NCBI GenBank assembly: GCA_963748625.1
Contig: CAVVJT010000003.1
Location: forward strand, 160,001 to 224,000
DNA: 64,000 bases
From: an uncultured Chloroflexia bacterium
Lineage (GTDB): Bacteria > Chloroflexota > Limnocylindria > Limnocylindrales > CSP1-4
Reading direction: 5' to 3'
In this document: one piece after another, positions 50,954-61,959 of the stretch
Numbering within the stretch: the first letter of the stretch is position 1
Layout of the letters: each line of letters starts with the position of its first letter
Translations under genes and position numbers: made by a program
Notes under the pieces: generated by a model
What the model saw: the letters and a program-made list of their open reading frames with translations, nothing else
The model's database searches: none
Told to the model about the DNA's origin: nothing

Positions 50954-52888
50954 TCAGCTGCCAGCGGTGCGAAGGATCAGGGTACCGGCGTCGATCTGCT
51001 CGCCGGGCGTGGTGGTGCCGATCAGGGCGTCGAAGCCGACGAGGTACGGCTTGAACTCCTTCTCGTAATCGGTCTTCATCTCGTTGGGGATCATGCCCTC
51101 CACCGCGCCGCGGACGGCGGCGATGTCGAGCCAGACGAGCGACGCATGCTCGACGCCGGCCTGGGCAAGCGCGGATGCGAAGCGGTCCTGGTCTGCGAGG
51201 GACTCGCCGTCCTTGGCGTCGAGCACGGCCTTGACGAAGTCCGTGCCGTAGCCGAGGACCACGACGTCGTCGGTGACGGCGTAGGCGATCGAGGCGTCTG
51301 CCGGGAGGTCGGTCCCGAGGGCCTCGCCACCCATCGCGGCAATGCCGCTGAGGTCGAGGACGTGGATCGTTGTGCCCTTGTAGTCCACCTCGGTGGCCTC
51401 GAGGCCCACCTGGGCACCGCCGAAGGCGATGAAGCCGTTGAGCTGTGTGAACAGCCGGTCGGCCGCGGCCGCATCGGTGGGGGTCACGAGCAGACCGCCC
51501 GCGATGTCCTCACCGTCGAGCGTGATCGCAATGCCCGCCTCACCCATCCAGCCGGTCACGGCCTCGAAGCCGCCCAGGATCTGGAGCGCCTCCTCCACCT
51601 GCTTGACGCCGTCCTTGAGCGACGGCTCCGAGGCGAGCTGCTGCTTGGTCCGGGCGAGGGCCTCGCCCACGTCATGGCCCTCGGCGAGGAACACGGTGGT
51701 CGGCGGCAGCATGTCGGGCAGGGTGGACTTGGCGTTCTTCGGCGCACCCATGGCCGCCACGTGCGGCGAGCGGGTGTCGACGATGAACGAGCCGTCCTCG
51801 GCGCGGAGCGCCATGACGGCCCACGGGACCTGGAGGTCCGTGATGGTGGCGGGCAGCTCGGGGAGCATCTCGGCGGCGGCGCCGGCCAGGTCGATCGCAG
51901 CGTCCGTGATGGCCGCGGCGTCAAGGTAGGCGAACGCGAGCCGGTCGCCGCTGACCGATGCCTCGGCCTCCTGGAACTGCGCGTCAGTGGGCAGGCCGGA
52001 CTTGCCGTTGGTGGCGATCGACGCCTTGACGGAGTCTAGATCGCCCATGGCGAGGACCGGGCCGATGACGGCGTAGGCGGGCTGCATTGCCGCCATTTCC
52101 GAGGGCTCGCCGGGGTGTGTGACGAGCGTGATGGTGACGCCGTTGTCGGTCTCGGTGGTGGTCGTGGCCCCCTCGGCCTTGACCATGCCGTCGATCCAGG
52201 ACGTGGCCTTCGCCTGGTCCTCGACCGAGAGCAGGATGAGCGCGTGCACGTCGGACGCGTCGAGCTCGGTGGGCAGGGCGCCGATGCTGGCGCTCACCTG
52301 GCCGCCGAACCAGGGGTCGATGTCGTTCTTCCAGGAGACCTTGCCGTCGGATGCGGCGCCCGTGACCTGGTCAAGGACCTCGGACAGCTTGATCGGGAAG
52401 GCCGCCTGGTCCTCGAAGCCCGGAAAGGCCTGCATGAGGGCCGGCAGCTCCTTGGCCTGGGTGCCCGGCAGGTCGAGCCGGAGCTCGCTGTAGGCGACGC
52501 TGTCGGCGGGGGTCCACGCGAGGACGGCCGGGTCGCCGGAGTCCGAGGTGAGCACGAGGGTGCCCGCCGCGGCGGTGCCGACGACGAGCAGGGTGACGAC
52601 GCCCGCCACCACCCACTTGATCTTGGAGCGGCCGGGGCGCTTGCCCGATGAGGCGGCCACGGGCTCCACCGGCACGGCGCCGGCCGCGACGGCTTCGATG
52701 GGCATGGCCGGGACGACGGGCATGGCCGCGGCGGGGGCGGGTACCCCGGGAGCGGCATAGCCGGCGGGCGGCGCCGGCGGCGCCGGCGGAACCACCTGCG
52801 TGGCGTCCGGAGCCGGCGGGACGGGCGGGGCCGTGGGCACCGGAGTTGCCGGCACCTCGAACGGCTGGGTCGGATCCTGGTCGGTCAT
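50954..52888 (-). CDS. Membrane-anchored DUF3352-like protein
   Basis: Pro-rich N-terminus, single TM helix, P.DSVAY, DIDPWFG, WMGEAG patterns. Confidence 0.6.
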   Translation of the reverse strand: MTDQDPTQPFEVPATPVPTAPPVPPAPDATQVVPPAPPAPPAGYAAPGVPAPAAAMPVVPAMPIEAVAAGAVPVEPVAASSGKRPGRSKIKWVVAGVVTLLVVGTAAAGTLVLTSDSGDPAVLAWTPADSVAYSELRLDLPGTQAKELPALMQAFPGFEDQAAFPIKLSEVLDQVTGAASDGKVSWKNDIDPWFGGQVSASIGALPTELDASDVHALILLSVEDQAKATSWIDGMVKAEGATTTTETDNGVTITLVTHPGEPSEMAAMQPAYAVIGPVLAMGDLDSVKASIATNGKSGLPTDAQFQEAEASVSGDRLAFAYLDAAAITDAAIDLAGAAAEMLPELPATITDLQVPWAVMALRAEDGSFIVDTRSPHVAAMGAPKNAKSTLPDMLPPTTVFLAEGHDVGEALARTKQQLASEPSLKDGVKQVEEALQILGGFEAVTGWMGEAGIAITLDGEDIAGGLLVTPTDAAAADRLFTQLNGFIAFGGAQVGLEATEVDYKGTTIHVLDLSGIAAMGGEALGTDLPADASIAYAVTDDVVVLGYGTDFVKAVLDAKDGESLADQDRFASALAQAGVEHASLVWLDIAAVRGAVEGMIPNEMKTDYEKEFKPYLVGFDALIGTTTPGEQIDAGTLILRTAGS

Positions 52889-52908
52889 GGGTACGTTCCC
52901 CTCGGCGC

Positions 52909-54243
52909 CTAGCGGCGCCCCAACAGCTGGCCCATCGCGGCACGGCGTCCGCCGGCACCCGAGAGCTGCTTCATGAGCTTCTGCATCTCGCCGAACTGCT
53001 TGATCAGGCGGTTGACCTCGGGAAGCGATGTCCCGGAGCCCTTGGCGATCCGTCGGCGTCGGGAGGCGTTGAGAATCCCCGGATCGCGCCGTTCCTTCTT
53101 GGTCATGGACAGGATGATCGCCTCGACCCGCTTGAGGTCGCCGCGATCGACGGCCTCCTGCGCCTGCTTGGCCATGCCCCCCATACCGGGGATCATGCCC
53201 ATCAGCTGGCCCATCGGCCCCATCTTCTGCATCTGCCGCATCGAGTCCAGCATGTCCTCGAGGGTGAACTGCCCCTTCTTGACCTGCTGCTCGAGCCTGG
53301 CCGTTTCCTTCTCGTCGAATGCCTCCTGGGCGCGCTCGACGAGCGTCATGACGTCGCCCATGCCCAGGATCCGGCCGGCGAGGCGGTCCGGGTGGAACAC
53401 CTCGAGGGCATCGGTCTTCTCGCCCGTGCCCAGGAACTTGATCGGGATGCCGGTGACAGCGCCGATCGAGAGCGCGGCACCGCCGCGGGCGTCACCGTCG
53501 ATCTTGGTCATGATGAGTCCGGTGACCTTGATCGCGGCGGCGAAGCCCTGCGCGACCGTCACGGCCTCCTGGCCGGTCATGGCGTCCACGACCAGCAGCG
53601 TCTCCACGGGCCTGGACACCTCGGCGACGGCCCGGATCTCGTCCATGAGCGCTTCGTCGATGGTGAGGCGGCCGGCGGTGTCGAGGATCACGGTGTCGCG
53701 GCCGATCCGCTTGGCGTGCTCGATGCCGGCCTTCGCGATGTCCACGGTGGGCGTCCCCGCCGGCGCCCGGTAGACGGCGATGTTGAGGCCCTTGCCCAGC
53801 GTCTCGAGCTGGTCCGCCGCGGCCGGGCGGTACGGGTCCGCGGCCACGAGGAGCGGCGCGCGACCCAGCTTGACGATGTGCTTGGCCAGCTTGGCGGCCG
53901 TGGTGGTCTTGCCCGACCCCTGGAGGCCGACAAGCGCGATGACGGCGGGGTTGCCGACGAGGCGGAACGTGCGGTCGCCCGCCGAGAGGAGCTCCGTGAG
54001 CTCGTCGTTGACGATCTTGACGACCTGCTGGCCGGCGGTCAGGGACTCGAGGACCTCCGCACCGATCGCGCGCTCGCGCACGCGGGCCACGAAGTCCTTG
54101 ACGACCTTGAAGTTGACGTCGGCCTCGAGCAGGGCGAGGCGGACCTCGCGCATCGCGGCGTCCACGTCGGCCTCGGTCACGCGGCCACGACCGGTGAGCC
54201 CGGCCAGGGTCTTGCGGAGGCGATCGCTGAGGCTGTCGAACAT
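52909..54243 (-). CDS. ffh: Signal recognition particle protein
   Basis: MFDSLSDRL, GLQGSGKTT, DTAGR, TKIDGDARGG, Met-rich M domain. Confidence 0.98.
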   Translation of the reverse strand: MFDSLSDRLRKTLAGLTGRGRVTEADVDAAMREVRLALLEADVNFKVVKDFVARVRERAIGAEVLESLTAGQQVVKIVNDELTELLSAGDRTFRLVGNPAVIALVGLQGSGKTTTAAKLAKHIVKLGRAPLLVAADPYRPAAADQLETLGKGLNIAVYRAPAGTPTVDIAKAGIEHAKRIGRDTVILDTAGRLTIDEALMDEIRAVAEVSRPVETLLVVDAMTGQEAVTVAQGFAAAIKVTGLIMTKIDGDARGGAALSIGAVTGIPIKFLGTGEKTDALEVFHPDRLAGRILGMGDVMTLVERAQEAFDEKETARLEQQVKKGQFTLEDMLDSMRQMQKMGPMGQLMGMIPGMGGMAKQAQEAVDRGDLKRVEAIILSMTKKERRDPGILNASRRRRIAKGSGTSLPEVNRLIKQFGEMQKLMKQLSGAGGRRAAMGQLLGRR

Positions 54244-54388
54244 GCGGGGGCGAGGACCCTTGTGGCTGACGGTGTGGATCAGGCCGCACGGCGGAGCCGG
54301 ACGGGTGGTGCGCGGGTTCTGGCGACACCGAGGCGCGAGAAGTGTACGCGATCCCGGCGATGACGCCCGCGAAGGGTACCCTCCGCCG

Positions 54389-55687
54389 GTGACCTTCGAG
54401 CCCGTCGCCGAACCGCTGCCGTCGCCCGAGGAGGCCTCCCCCACCCCGGGCCTGCGTCGCAACCGGGCGTTCATGCTCCTGTGGAGCGCGGCGACGGTCT
54501 CCGTGTTCGGGTCGTTCGTGACCCGGATCGCGCTGCCGTTCGTGGCAATCCTGACCCTGTCCGCCGGCCCCGCCGAGGTGGCCGTGCTGCGCTCGCTCGA
54601 GCTTGTTGCGGCGCTGCTGGTCGGCTTCGTGGTGGGCGCCTGGGTGGACCGGCTTCGGCGCCGGCCGGTGATGATCGTGGCGGACCTGGTGCGAGCGGTG
54701 CTCCTGGGCTCCATCCCGGTCGCGGCGATGGGCGGCTGGCTCTCGCTGCCCCAGGTGTTCGTGGTCGCCGCCCTGGCAGCCGTGATGACCACCTTCTTCG
54801 ACGTCGCCGACCGGGCCTACCTGCCCACGATCGTGGACCGCTCGGAGCTGGTGCGCGCGAACGGGGCGCTCACGGCCACGTCGGCCGCGGTGGAGTTCAC
54901 GGCGTTCGGCGTGGCCGGATTCCTTGTGAACCTGCTGACCGCGCCGCTCGCGATCCTCATCGATGCGGCGTCCTTCGTGCTGTCAGCGGTGCTGCTGGGC
55001 GGCATCCGGCGGCCCGAACCTCCTCCCCCACCCGCCTCCGACCGCGAACCGGTCCTCCACGAGATCGCGGAGGGCCTCCGGCTCGTCGTCCACGACCCGA
55101 TCCTGCGGGGCTTGCTCGCGGGCGTGATGGGTCTCGCGGCGATGTGGGGCATCTTCGGCGCAACGTGGCTGCTGTTTGTCACCGACGAGCTGCACCTGGA
55201 CCCGGCGGTGATCGGCGTGATCGCGGCACTGGGTGGCCTGGGGTCGCTGGCCGGCGCCCTGCTCGCAGAGCGGGCCGTCCGCCGTTACGGCCTGGGGCGC
55301 CTCGTGATCCTGTCGCTCGTAGTGGCGGCCATCGGCAACCTCCTGATCCCGCTGGCACCGGCTGGACTTCCCATCGTCGCGGTCGCGTTCCTGCTCGGCC
55401 AGCAGATCATCGGCGACACCGCCGTCACCGTGTTCGACGTCACCGAGGTCTCCGTCCGCCAGGCCCGCGTTGGCGACCGGCAGCTGGGCCGCGTCAATGC
55501 GACGGTGCGCGTGGCGATGGTCCTTGCGCAGCTGGCCGGCACGATTGCCGGCGGCCTCGTCGCGGAGACGCTGGGCCTGCGGACGGCGGCGTTCCTGGCG
55601 CCGGTGTTCGCGCTGCTGGGCGCGGGGATCATGTGGCTGACCCCGGTGCGCGCCCTCGTGCGGCTGGACGGGGCCACCGAAGCCTGA
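54389..55687 (+). CDS. MFS transporter
   Basis: RNRAFMLLW, GAWVDRLRRRPVMI..DLVR; about 12 TM helices. Confidence 0.9.
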   Translation: MTFEPVAEPLPSPEEASPTPGLRRNRAFMLLWSAATVSVFGSFVTRIALPFVAILTLSAGPAEVAVLRSLELVAALLVGFVVGAWVDRLRRRPVMIVADLVRAVLLGSIPVAAMGGWLSLPQVFVVAALAAVMTTFFDVADRAYLPTIVDRSELVRANGALTATSAAVEFTAFGVAGFLVNLLTAPLAILIDAASFVLSAVLLGGIRRPEPPPPPASDREPVLHEIAEGLRLVVHDPILRGLLAGVMGLAAMWGIFGATWLLFVTDELHLDPAVIGVIAALGGLGSLAGALLAERAVRRYGLGRLVILSLVVAAIGNLLIPLAPAGLPIVAVAFLLGQQIIGDTAVTVFDVTEVSVRQARVGDRQLGRVNATVRVAMVLAQLAGTIAGGLVAETLGLRTAAFLAPVFALLGAGIMWLTPVRALVRLDGATEA

Positions 55688-55698
55688 CCTCGCGGAGC

Positions 55699-56109
55699 TC
55701 AGAAGTCGAGGTCGGCCGGGTAGGTGATGTCGATCTCGCCGATCGTCTTGGGGAAGTCGGAGGCGTTGTTCGTGATGAAGCGGTCGGCGCCCGCCAGGAC
55801 GGCGGTCGCGAGGTGGACCGCATCGGCTGCGCGGAGGCCGTATGTCGCACCCAGCGCCGCCGCGGCGTCGGCGACGGTGGCGTCCACCGGTCGCAGGTCG
55901 AGTCGGCCCAGGAGCATGCCGAGTGACTCGAGCTCCGCGGTGATGCCGTCTCGGAGGGCTTTGCTCAGCACCTCGGGCACCAGCAGCACGGAGCCGACGC
56001 CGACCTGCATGTCAGGCGACCCCTGCGCCGCGAAGAGGCTCCGCACCGCTATGCCGAGCGGGTGGTCGGTGGCCGCGTAGATCAGGACATCGGCGTCGAA
56101 GGCGTCCAC
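55699..56109 (-). CDS. PIN-domain (VapC-like) toxin
   Basis: FDADVLIY, E, LRAADAVHLATA, FITNN..DF. Confidence 0.88.
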   Translation of the reverse strand: MDAFDADVLIYAATDHPLGIAVRSLFAAQGSPDMQVGVGSVLLVPEVLSKALRDGITAELESLGMLLGRLDLRPVDATVADAAAALGATYGLRAADAVHLATAVLAGADRFITNNASDFPKTIGEIDITYPADLDF

Positions 56110-56118
56110 TTCTGCGTC

Positions 56119-56412
56119 CTATCGGCGCGAGCGGCTGGCCCTGACGTACGCGAGGAGCTCCTCGGCGCGCTCTTCGCTCAGGATCCCACGGTCAGGTAGC
56201 TGTGTCCTGCGCCCGATCTCGATGGCCTCCCGGATCCGGTCGATGTCCCGCTGGAGGTTCGCCATGCGCCGCGAGCGCAAGCTGTCCGGCCGCACGATCA
56301 CCGCGACGGCTTCCCCGTGCCGCGTGAGCGTGATCTCCTCGCCCGCCTGCACCCGCTCGATGATCTCGGGCAGGACGGCGCGCGCCCTGCTTACCGTCAT
56401 GCTGTCTGCCAT
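56119..56412 (-). CDS. Phd/YefM-family antitoxin
   Basis: MTVSRARAVLPEIIERVQAGEEITLTRHGEAVAVIV. Confidence 0.88.
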   Translation of the reverse strand: MADSMTVSRARAVLPEIIERVQAGEEITLTRHGEAVAVIVRPDSLRSRRMANLQRDIDRIREAIEIGRRTQLPDRGILSEERAEELLAYVRASRSRR

Positions 56413-56418
56413 GGTCGA

Positions 56419-56447
56419 ACTGTACTTCGTTGTACAACGTTGTGCAA
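56419..56447 (-). promoter_or_regulatory. TA operator/promoter with TGTAC boxes
   Basis: Perfect palindrome CGTTGTACAACG (56428-56439), a second TGTAC at 56421; TACAGT 6 nt before ATG. Confidence 0.7.
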
Positions 56448-56567
56448 TAGCGACACGTAGCGACCGAGGTACTCAGAGGCCTCGGTCGCACCGCAGCGGT
56501 GATACGTGCGAGCGGTGGTGGTCGCGGGCCGGTCGATCGTGCACATGCGGTAGCCCGCCCGGCATCC

Positions 56568-57827
56568 CTACTCGAACAGCGCGGCGACGAAGCCCTCGGG
56601 GTCGAACGGGAGCAGGTCGTCCACCTTCTCCCCGACGCCGACGAAACGGACCGGGACGCCCAGCTCTTTCTCGATCGCGAACACGATGCCGCCCTTGGCG
56701 GTCGAGTCGAGCTTGGTCAGGACCACGCCCGTCAGACCGACCGACTCGTTGAACGCCTTCGCCTGGACGAGGCCGTTCTGGCCGGTGGTGGCGTCAAGGA
56801 CGAAGAAGGTCTCGACCTTCGCGCCCGGGATGCGCTTGTCGATGACGCGGCGCACCTTGGACAGCTCGTCCATGAGATTCGACTTGGTATGGAGACGGCC
56901 GGCGGTGTCGGCGATGACGATGTCGGCGCGGCGCGCGATGGCGGCGTCGAGCGCGTCGTAGACGACGGCGGCCGGGTCGGCGTTGGCCTTGTGGGCGACG
57001 ATCTCAGCCCCGGTCCGCTCCGCCCAGATCCCCAGCTGCTCGATGGCGGCAGCGCGGAAGGTGTCGGCGGCGGCGAGGAGGACCCGGCGGCCCATGGCGC
57101 GCTCGCGGGCGGCCAACTTGCCGATGGTTGTGGTCTTGCCGGTGCCGTTGACGCCGACCACGAGGACGATGGCGGGCATGCCCTCGGCCGACGGGGTTGG
57201 CTCCCAGTGCTGGGCGTCGCGCTTGGCGAGGAGCCCGGCAAGCTCGGAGCGGACCGCCTCCTCGGGGGTGACGTCCTTGCGCTTGCGGGCACGCTCGACG
57301 AGGTCGATCGAGAGCGAGGCGCCCACGTCGCCCGTGATCAGGGTCTCCTCGATCTCGTCCCAGTCCGCCTGGTCGCCGCTGCGGAAGGCAGACAGGAGGC
57401 GCGCGCCGAAGCCGGTGCGGGACTTCTCAAGACCGGCCTCGAGCTGCTCGCGCTCCCGCTCTTGGCGGGCGGCGTCGGCCTTCTCCGGGCTGTAGTCGGC
57501 GCCCCAGGCCCACTGGACCTGCGGCTCCGGGGCAGGCTCGGGTGCCGGCTCCGGGGCAGGCTCGGGTGCCGGCTCCGGGGCGGGCTCGGGCGCCGGCTCG
57601 GCCGGAACGTGGACCGGCTCCACGATGCCCGACCCGCCAGTGACCGGGTGGAGCGCGGGAGCCGCGTCGAGGGGCACCTCGGCCGTCACCGCCGCATCGG
57701 GGGAGCCCTGCTGCCACTCGTCCCCGATAAGGTCGTCGCCAGTCGTGTCAGCCTCAGCCGTCCCGTCGGTCCCTTGCGGCTGGGGCGGTCGGTCGTTCGG
57801 CTCTCCGCCGCGTCGGAAGAAGCGCAT
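56568..57827 (-). CDS. ftsY: SRP receptor FtsY
   Basis: [44 protein letters not shown]. Confidence 0.97.
   Translation of the reverse strand: MRFFRRGGEPNDRPPQPQGTDGTAEADTTGDDLIGDEWQQGSPDAAVTAEVPLDAAPALHPVTGGSGIVEPVHVPAEPAPEPAPEPAPEPAPEPAPEPAPEPQVQWAWGADYSPEKADAARQEREREQLEAGLEKSRTGFGARLLSAFRSGDQADWDEIEETLITGDVGASLSIDLVERARKRKDVTPEEAVRSELAGLLAKRDAQHWEPTPSAEGMPAIVLVVGVNGTGKTTTIGKLAARERAMGRRVLLAAADTFRAAAIEQLGIWAERTGAEIVAHKANADPAAVVYDALDAAIARRADIVIADTAGRLHTKSNLMDELSKVRRVIDKRIPGAKVETFFVLDATTGQNGLVQAKAFNESVGLTGVVLTKLDSTAKGGIVFAIEKELGVPVRFVGVGEKVDDLLPFDPEGFVAALFE
57523..57600. repeat. 24-bp coding repeat, about 3 copies (APEP)n, in the FtsY N-terminus
   Basis: ggctccggggcaggctcgggtgcc units. Confidence 0.9.
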
Positions 57828-58162
57828 CAGCGGTGCTCCTCCTCCCCGTGGTGCGTGACCTCGGGCATCGGCAGGATGGGGGCGGGATCGACCTCACCAG
57901 TGCCACCAAGCAGCGCCCCCGGTGCTTCAGCGAGGTCCCACTCGAGCTCGTTGGGCTCGGCGACGCCAGCGTCGGGCGTGCCCTGCTTCCACTCGTCGCC
58001 GATGAGATCCGGCTCGAGGCCTCCTTCCGGGTAGAGGGAGCGGACCATGCCCGCGGGGACGTCGGCGTTGTCCGTGTCTGGTTCGGCAGACTCGACGATG
58101 GCCTCAGCCTCCGGGTCAAGCTCGAGCTGCTCGTCCTTGCGGTCGTGATGGAACAGGTGCAT
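57827..58162 (-). CDS. Small acidic hypothetical protein (111 aa) sharing a motif with the FtsY N-terminus
   Basis: TGATG overlap with both smc and ftsY; DLIGDEWKQGTPDA. Confidence 0.75.
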   Translation of the reverse strand: MHLFHHDRKDEQLELDPEAEAIVESAEPDTDNADVPAGMVRSLYPEGGLEPDLIGDEWKQGTPDAGVAEPNELEWDLAEAPGALLGGTGEVDPAPILPMPEVTHHGEEEHR

Positions 58163-61100
58163 CAGCGCTTCTTGCCCTCCGGGCGCCGTCCACCCTCGCC
58201 CGCGAGGACCGCGAGGACCTCGGTGCGCTTGTGGTCGGCAATGGCCTGCGCCTCGTCCAGGCGGAGGCTGATGACGCGGCTGACCGAGTCGTCGCCAACG
58301 GTGACCCCATAGAGGGCGTCGGCCGACTCCACGGTGCCGCGGTTGTGGGTGATCACGATGAACTGGGTGGTGGCGGTGAGCTCGCGCAGGGCGTCGGTGA
58401 ACCGCCCGATGTTGGCCTCGTCCAGGGCTGCATCGACCTCGTCGAGCACGCAGAAGGGCGCAGGGCGCACCTCGAGCATGGCGAACAGCAGCGCGACCGC
58501 GGTGAGGGTCCGCTCGCCACCCGAGAGCATGTTGAGCGCCTGCGGCTTCTTGCCGGGCGGCCTGGCCGTGATCTCGATGCCGGTGGCCGAGAGGTCCGCC
58601 GGGTCGGTCAGGGTCAGCTTCGCGAAGCCGCCCCCGAACAGCTGCCCGAACCGCTTGTCGAAGGCGACCTCGAGCCGGGCGAAGGTGGTGCGGAACTGGG
58701 TCGCGATCAGGGTGTCGAGGTCGGCGATCAGCGCACGTGTCTTGACGATCGCTTCGCGGAGGTCCTTGTCCTGGCCGGCGAGTGTCTCAAGGCGCTCGCG
58801 AACCGCACGGTACTCGTCGACCGCGAACGGGTTGGCTGCGCCGAGCTCGTGGAAGCGGCGACGCAGCGTTGCGAGGCGGCCGGCGGACGGCGGCTCGCTC
58901 ACCGGAGCCTCGTTGGTCCAGCGCGGGGCGAGCAGATCGAGCGCGCGCTCGAAGGCGGCCGTCTCGGAGCCCTCGCCCGGGCCGTCCTCGGCGCCCGAGT
59001 CCGCGGCGGCGTCCTCGTGTGCGCCGGCGGCCGCGTCCTCCTCTCCCCCGGTGTCCACGGACGACGCCTCATCGACCCCGCTCTCGTCGTCGCCTGCCAC
59101 GAGATCCGTGACGGACACCCCGGCGGCCTCTGCCAGGTGCCGCAGCCCGACCTCGCCAAGCCCGGCGAGCTCCACGAGCAGCTGCTCTCGAAGCGCGTCG
59201 AGCGCCATGCGGGCCTCGAGCACTGCCACATCGGCGGCCCGCACGCGGTCGTCGGCGGCCCGGAGACGCTCGCGCGCCGATGTGGCCGCACGCTCGGCCT
59301 CGGCCAGCCGTGTCCGCTCCACGCGGTCGGCGGCGAGGAGTGCCTCGAGCGTCTCCCGGGCACGCTGCTCGCGCGATGCGGCAGCCGCGAGCTCGTCCGC
59401 GACCGTGTCCCGCTCGTCGGCGGCTGCCTTCTCACGGTCGGCGAGGAGCGCCAGGTCCCTTTCGGTCGACGCGATCCGGGCCTCGGCCATGGTGACGGCG
59501 GCCTCCGCCCGCGCTCGTCGCCCTTCGGCGTCGCGCCGCGCACGCTCGTGGGCTGCGACGTCGTTGGCCAGGCGGTCCCGTCGCGAGCGCAGCTCCGAGG
59601 TGCGGACCTCCCAGGCGCGGATCGCCTCCTGCTCCGCGGCCCCGGCGTCCCCCGCAGGCACGTCCGCTGCCGGGCGCTCCTCGTGCGCCGCAAGCGCCTC
59701 CGACGCCCGGACGGCCTCGGCGGCCAGCCGTTCGGCCTGCGCCTGGTGCCACGCCGCCTCGCGCGCAGCCGCTTCCAGCTCGCGTCCCGCGGACCGCTCG
59801 ATGTCCTCTGCGCGCCGCCGGCGCGCCGCCGCGCCGGACTCCACGGCCCGGGCCTGCTCGAGGGCCGCCCGTGCCTCCGCCGCAGCCCTCGACGTCGTCA
59901 TCGTCTCGGCCTCGGCAGCGTCGGCCTCGGCCTGGAGCCCCTCGACCTCGCGGGCAAGCCTGTCGGCCTCCGCCCGTCGCTCCAGCGGCGAGTCGCCCCG
60001 CCCGATCCGGACTGTGAGCGGATCCAGGACCGCGCTCCCATCCCGGGTGACGCAGAGCCAGCCCAGCGGCAGCACCTGCTGGACCTCGAGCGCCGAGGCC
60101 AGGTCCGGCGCCCAGGCCACGCGCGTCAGCAGGGCACGGACCGCGCCGTTGGGATCGCGTCGGACAGCGTCCGCCAGGCGGCCGCCAGCGGCAGCCACGA
60201 GGGCGTCGTCCAGCCGGCGCAGGTCACCGGCCGTTCCGCCGCCCGGCAGCCTCTCCGCGGCGGCGAGGCGCTCGCGGACGACCAGGTGGCCGCGTTCGGC
60301 GGCCAGCGAGGCCGCCCCGCCGCGCTCCACGACGTACGCCCGCACCAACTCGCCGAGCGCGGCCTCCACGGCAGCCCGCAGGGTGGGCTCCACGCCGAGG
60401 TCCTCGTCCACCCGCTTGCCGCCAAGCTTGCGGGCCGCGCGGGCGATCCCGCGCTCCTCCTCCTCGGCGAGACGCTTCTGGAGCTGCTCCAGGCGACCGC
60501 GCGCGGACGCCAGCGCAGACCCAGCCCGCGCCGCGCGTTCCGCGACGGCGCGCCGGGTGCCCTCGCTGGCATCGGTGCGACCCCGGGCCTCCTCGCGGGC
60601 GACCACGGCGGCGACCTCCTCCTCGGCAGCGGCGGCCATGGCTGTGCGGGCATCGGCGAGAGTCCGTTCAAGGCGGGCGCGGCGATCGTCGGCCTGGGCG
60701 GCCTTCACACGCTCATCGTTGGCGCGGCGCTCGGATTCGGCATGGCGCCGGCGGGCGGTCTCGGCCTCCGCGGCACGGGCCGCCTCAGCGCGGCGGAGTG
60801 CGGCGAGCTCGTCACCGCGGGCGCGGCTGGCAGCACGCAACGACCCAAGCTCTGCGAGCGCCTCGGCGAGCGCGCGGTCGGCTTCGCCCAGCGTGGCCTC
60901 CAGTTCGAGGTCGCGCTCCGGGACGGCCTCGGCGAGGATCCGCCGCTGGGCGGCGACGTCGGCCTCTGCGGTGGCCCGCTCAGCGCCAATCCGCTGGCGA
61001 TCCCGGACGGCCGCCTGGATCTCGCCCGAGGCACGCGCCTCACGCAGGCCCAGGCCCGTGAGCTCCGCTCGGGTGGTCTCGTGGACGGCCCGATGCTCGC

Positions 61101-61959
61101 GCTCCGCCTCCGCCCGGGCGGCCATGGAGGCGGCGATGTCAGCCACGGTTGACTCGGCGGCCTCGAGGGCCTCGAGAGCGCTGTCGGTCTCGGTGCGCAG
61201 CCGGTCGCGCCTGCCGTCGGCCTCGCCGGAGCGGCTCGCGGCCCCATGCCAGCGCCCGTGGGCGGCGGCGATCAGTGCGGCGGCCAGCTCCTCGCCGGCG
61301 GTGCGGCGGGTGGCCTGCTGTTCGGCGAGCTGTCCGAGCCGTCGCGCCTGTGGTCGGAGCTCGGCAAGGATGTCCTCCACGCGCGCCAGGTTGCCCTCCG
61401 CCTCGGTGAGCTGCTCCTCGGCCTTGCGGCGGCGGCGCTCGTGGCGGCGGACACCCGCGACCTCCTCGAACAGCGGCCGGCGCTCCTCGGGCCGGAGCGC
61501 GAGCGCCTGGTCCACCATGCCCTGGCCGATGAAGAGGAACGCGTTCTCGGCGAGGTTGGCCGAGTCCAGCAGGTCCTGGAGGTCGCGCAGGCGGACGCGC
61601 TGCTTGTTGAGGAGGTAGTCGTTCTCGCCCGACCGGTACAGGCGGCGGCCCAGCTCAACGACGCTGTATTCCACCGGCAGGAGGCCGTCCGCGTTGTCGA
61701 TGACGAGCGTGACATCCGCCATGCCCTGGGCGGAGCGCTTGTCCGAGCCTGCCCAGATGACGTCCTCGGACTTGCGGATGCGCAGGCTGCGGCCCTGCTC
61801 GCCCAGCGCCCAGCGCAGCGCGTCGGCCAGGTTGGATTTGCCCGACCCGTTGGGGCCGACGATCGCACTGACGCCCGGCCCGAACTCGACCAGCGTGCGC
61901 TCGGCAAAGGACTTGAACCCCTGGACCCGCAGGCCCAGGAGGCGGGCCGGGGTGCTCAC
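58162..61959 (-). CDS. smc: Chromosome segregation protein SMC
   Basis: GFKSFA, GPNGSGKSN, coiled coils, hinge, LSGGE, LDEVDAALD, FIVITH. Confidence 0.96.
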   Translation of the reverse strand: MSTPARLLGLRVQGFKSFAERTLVEFGPGVSAIVGPNGSGKSNLADALRWALGEQGRSLRIRKSEDVIWAGSDKRSAQGMADVTLVIDNADGLLPVEYSVVELGRRLYRSGENDYLLNKQRVRLRDLQDLLDSANLAENAFLFIGQGMVDQALALRPEERRPLFEEVAGVRRHERRRRKAEEQLTEAEGNLARVEDILAELRPQARRLGQLAEQQATRRTAGEELAAALIAAAHGRWHGAASRSGEADGRRDRLRTETDSALEALEAAESTVADIAASMAARAEAEREHRAVHETTRAELTGLGLREARASGEIQAAVRDRQRIGAERATAEADVAAQRRILAEAVPERDLELEATLGEADRALAEALAELGSLRAASRARGDELAALRRAEAARAAEAETARRRHAESERRANDERVKAAQADDRRARLERTLADARTAMAAAAEEEVAAVVAREEARGRTDASEGTRRAVAERAARAGSALASARGRLEQLQKRLAEEEERGIARAARKLGGKRVDEDLGVEPTLRAAVEAALGELVRAYVVERGGAASLAAERGHLVVRERLAAAERLPGGGTAGDLRRLDDALVAAAGGRLADAVRRDPNGAVRALLTRVAWAPDLASALEVQQVLPLGWLCVTRDGSAVLDPLTVRIGRGDSPLERRAEADRLAREVEGLQAEADAAEAETMTTSRAAAEARAALEQARAVESGAAARRRRAEDIERSAGRELEAAAREAAWHQAQAERLAAEAVRASEALAAHEERPAADVPAGDAGAAEQEAIRAWEVRTSELRSRRDRLANDVAAHERARRDAEGRRARAEAAVTMAEARIASTERDLALLADREKAAADERDTVADELAAAASREQRARETLEALLAADRVERTRLAEAERAATSARERLRAADDRVRAADVAVLEARMALDALREQLLVELAGLGEVGLRHLAEAAGVSVTDLVAGDDESGVDEASSVDTGGEEDAAAGAHEDAAADSGAEDGPGEGSETAAFERALDLLAPRWTNEAPVSEPPSAGRLATLRRRFHELGAANPFAVDEYRAVRERLETLAGQDKDLREAIVKTRALIADLDTLIATQFRTTFARLEVAFDKRFGQLFGGGFAKLTLTDPADLSATGIEITARPPGKKPQALNMLSGGERTLTAVALLFAMLEVRPAPFCVLDEVDAALDEANIGRFTDALRELTATTQFIVITHNRGTVESADALYGVTVGDDSVSRVISLRLDEAQAIADHKRTEVLAVLAGEGGRRPEGKKR

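Noticed and set aside
52889-56567. SRP RNA near ffh/ftsY
   Set aside because: No CAGG..CGGAAG..GCAGC domain IV motif seen in the intergenic gaps
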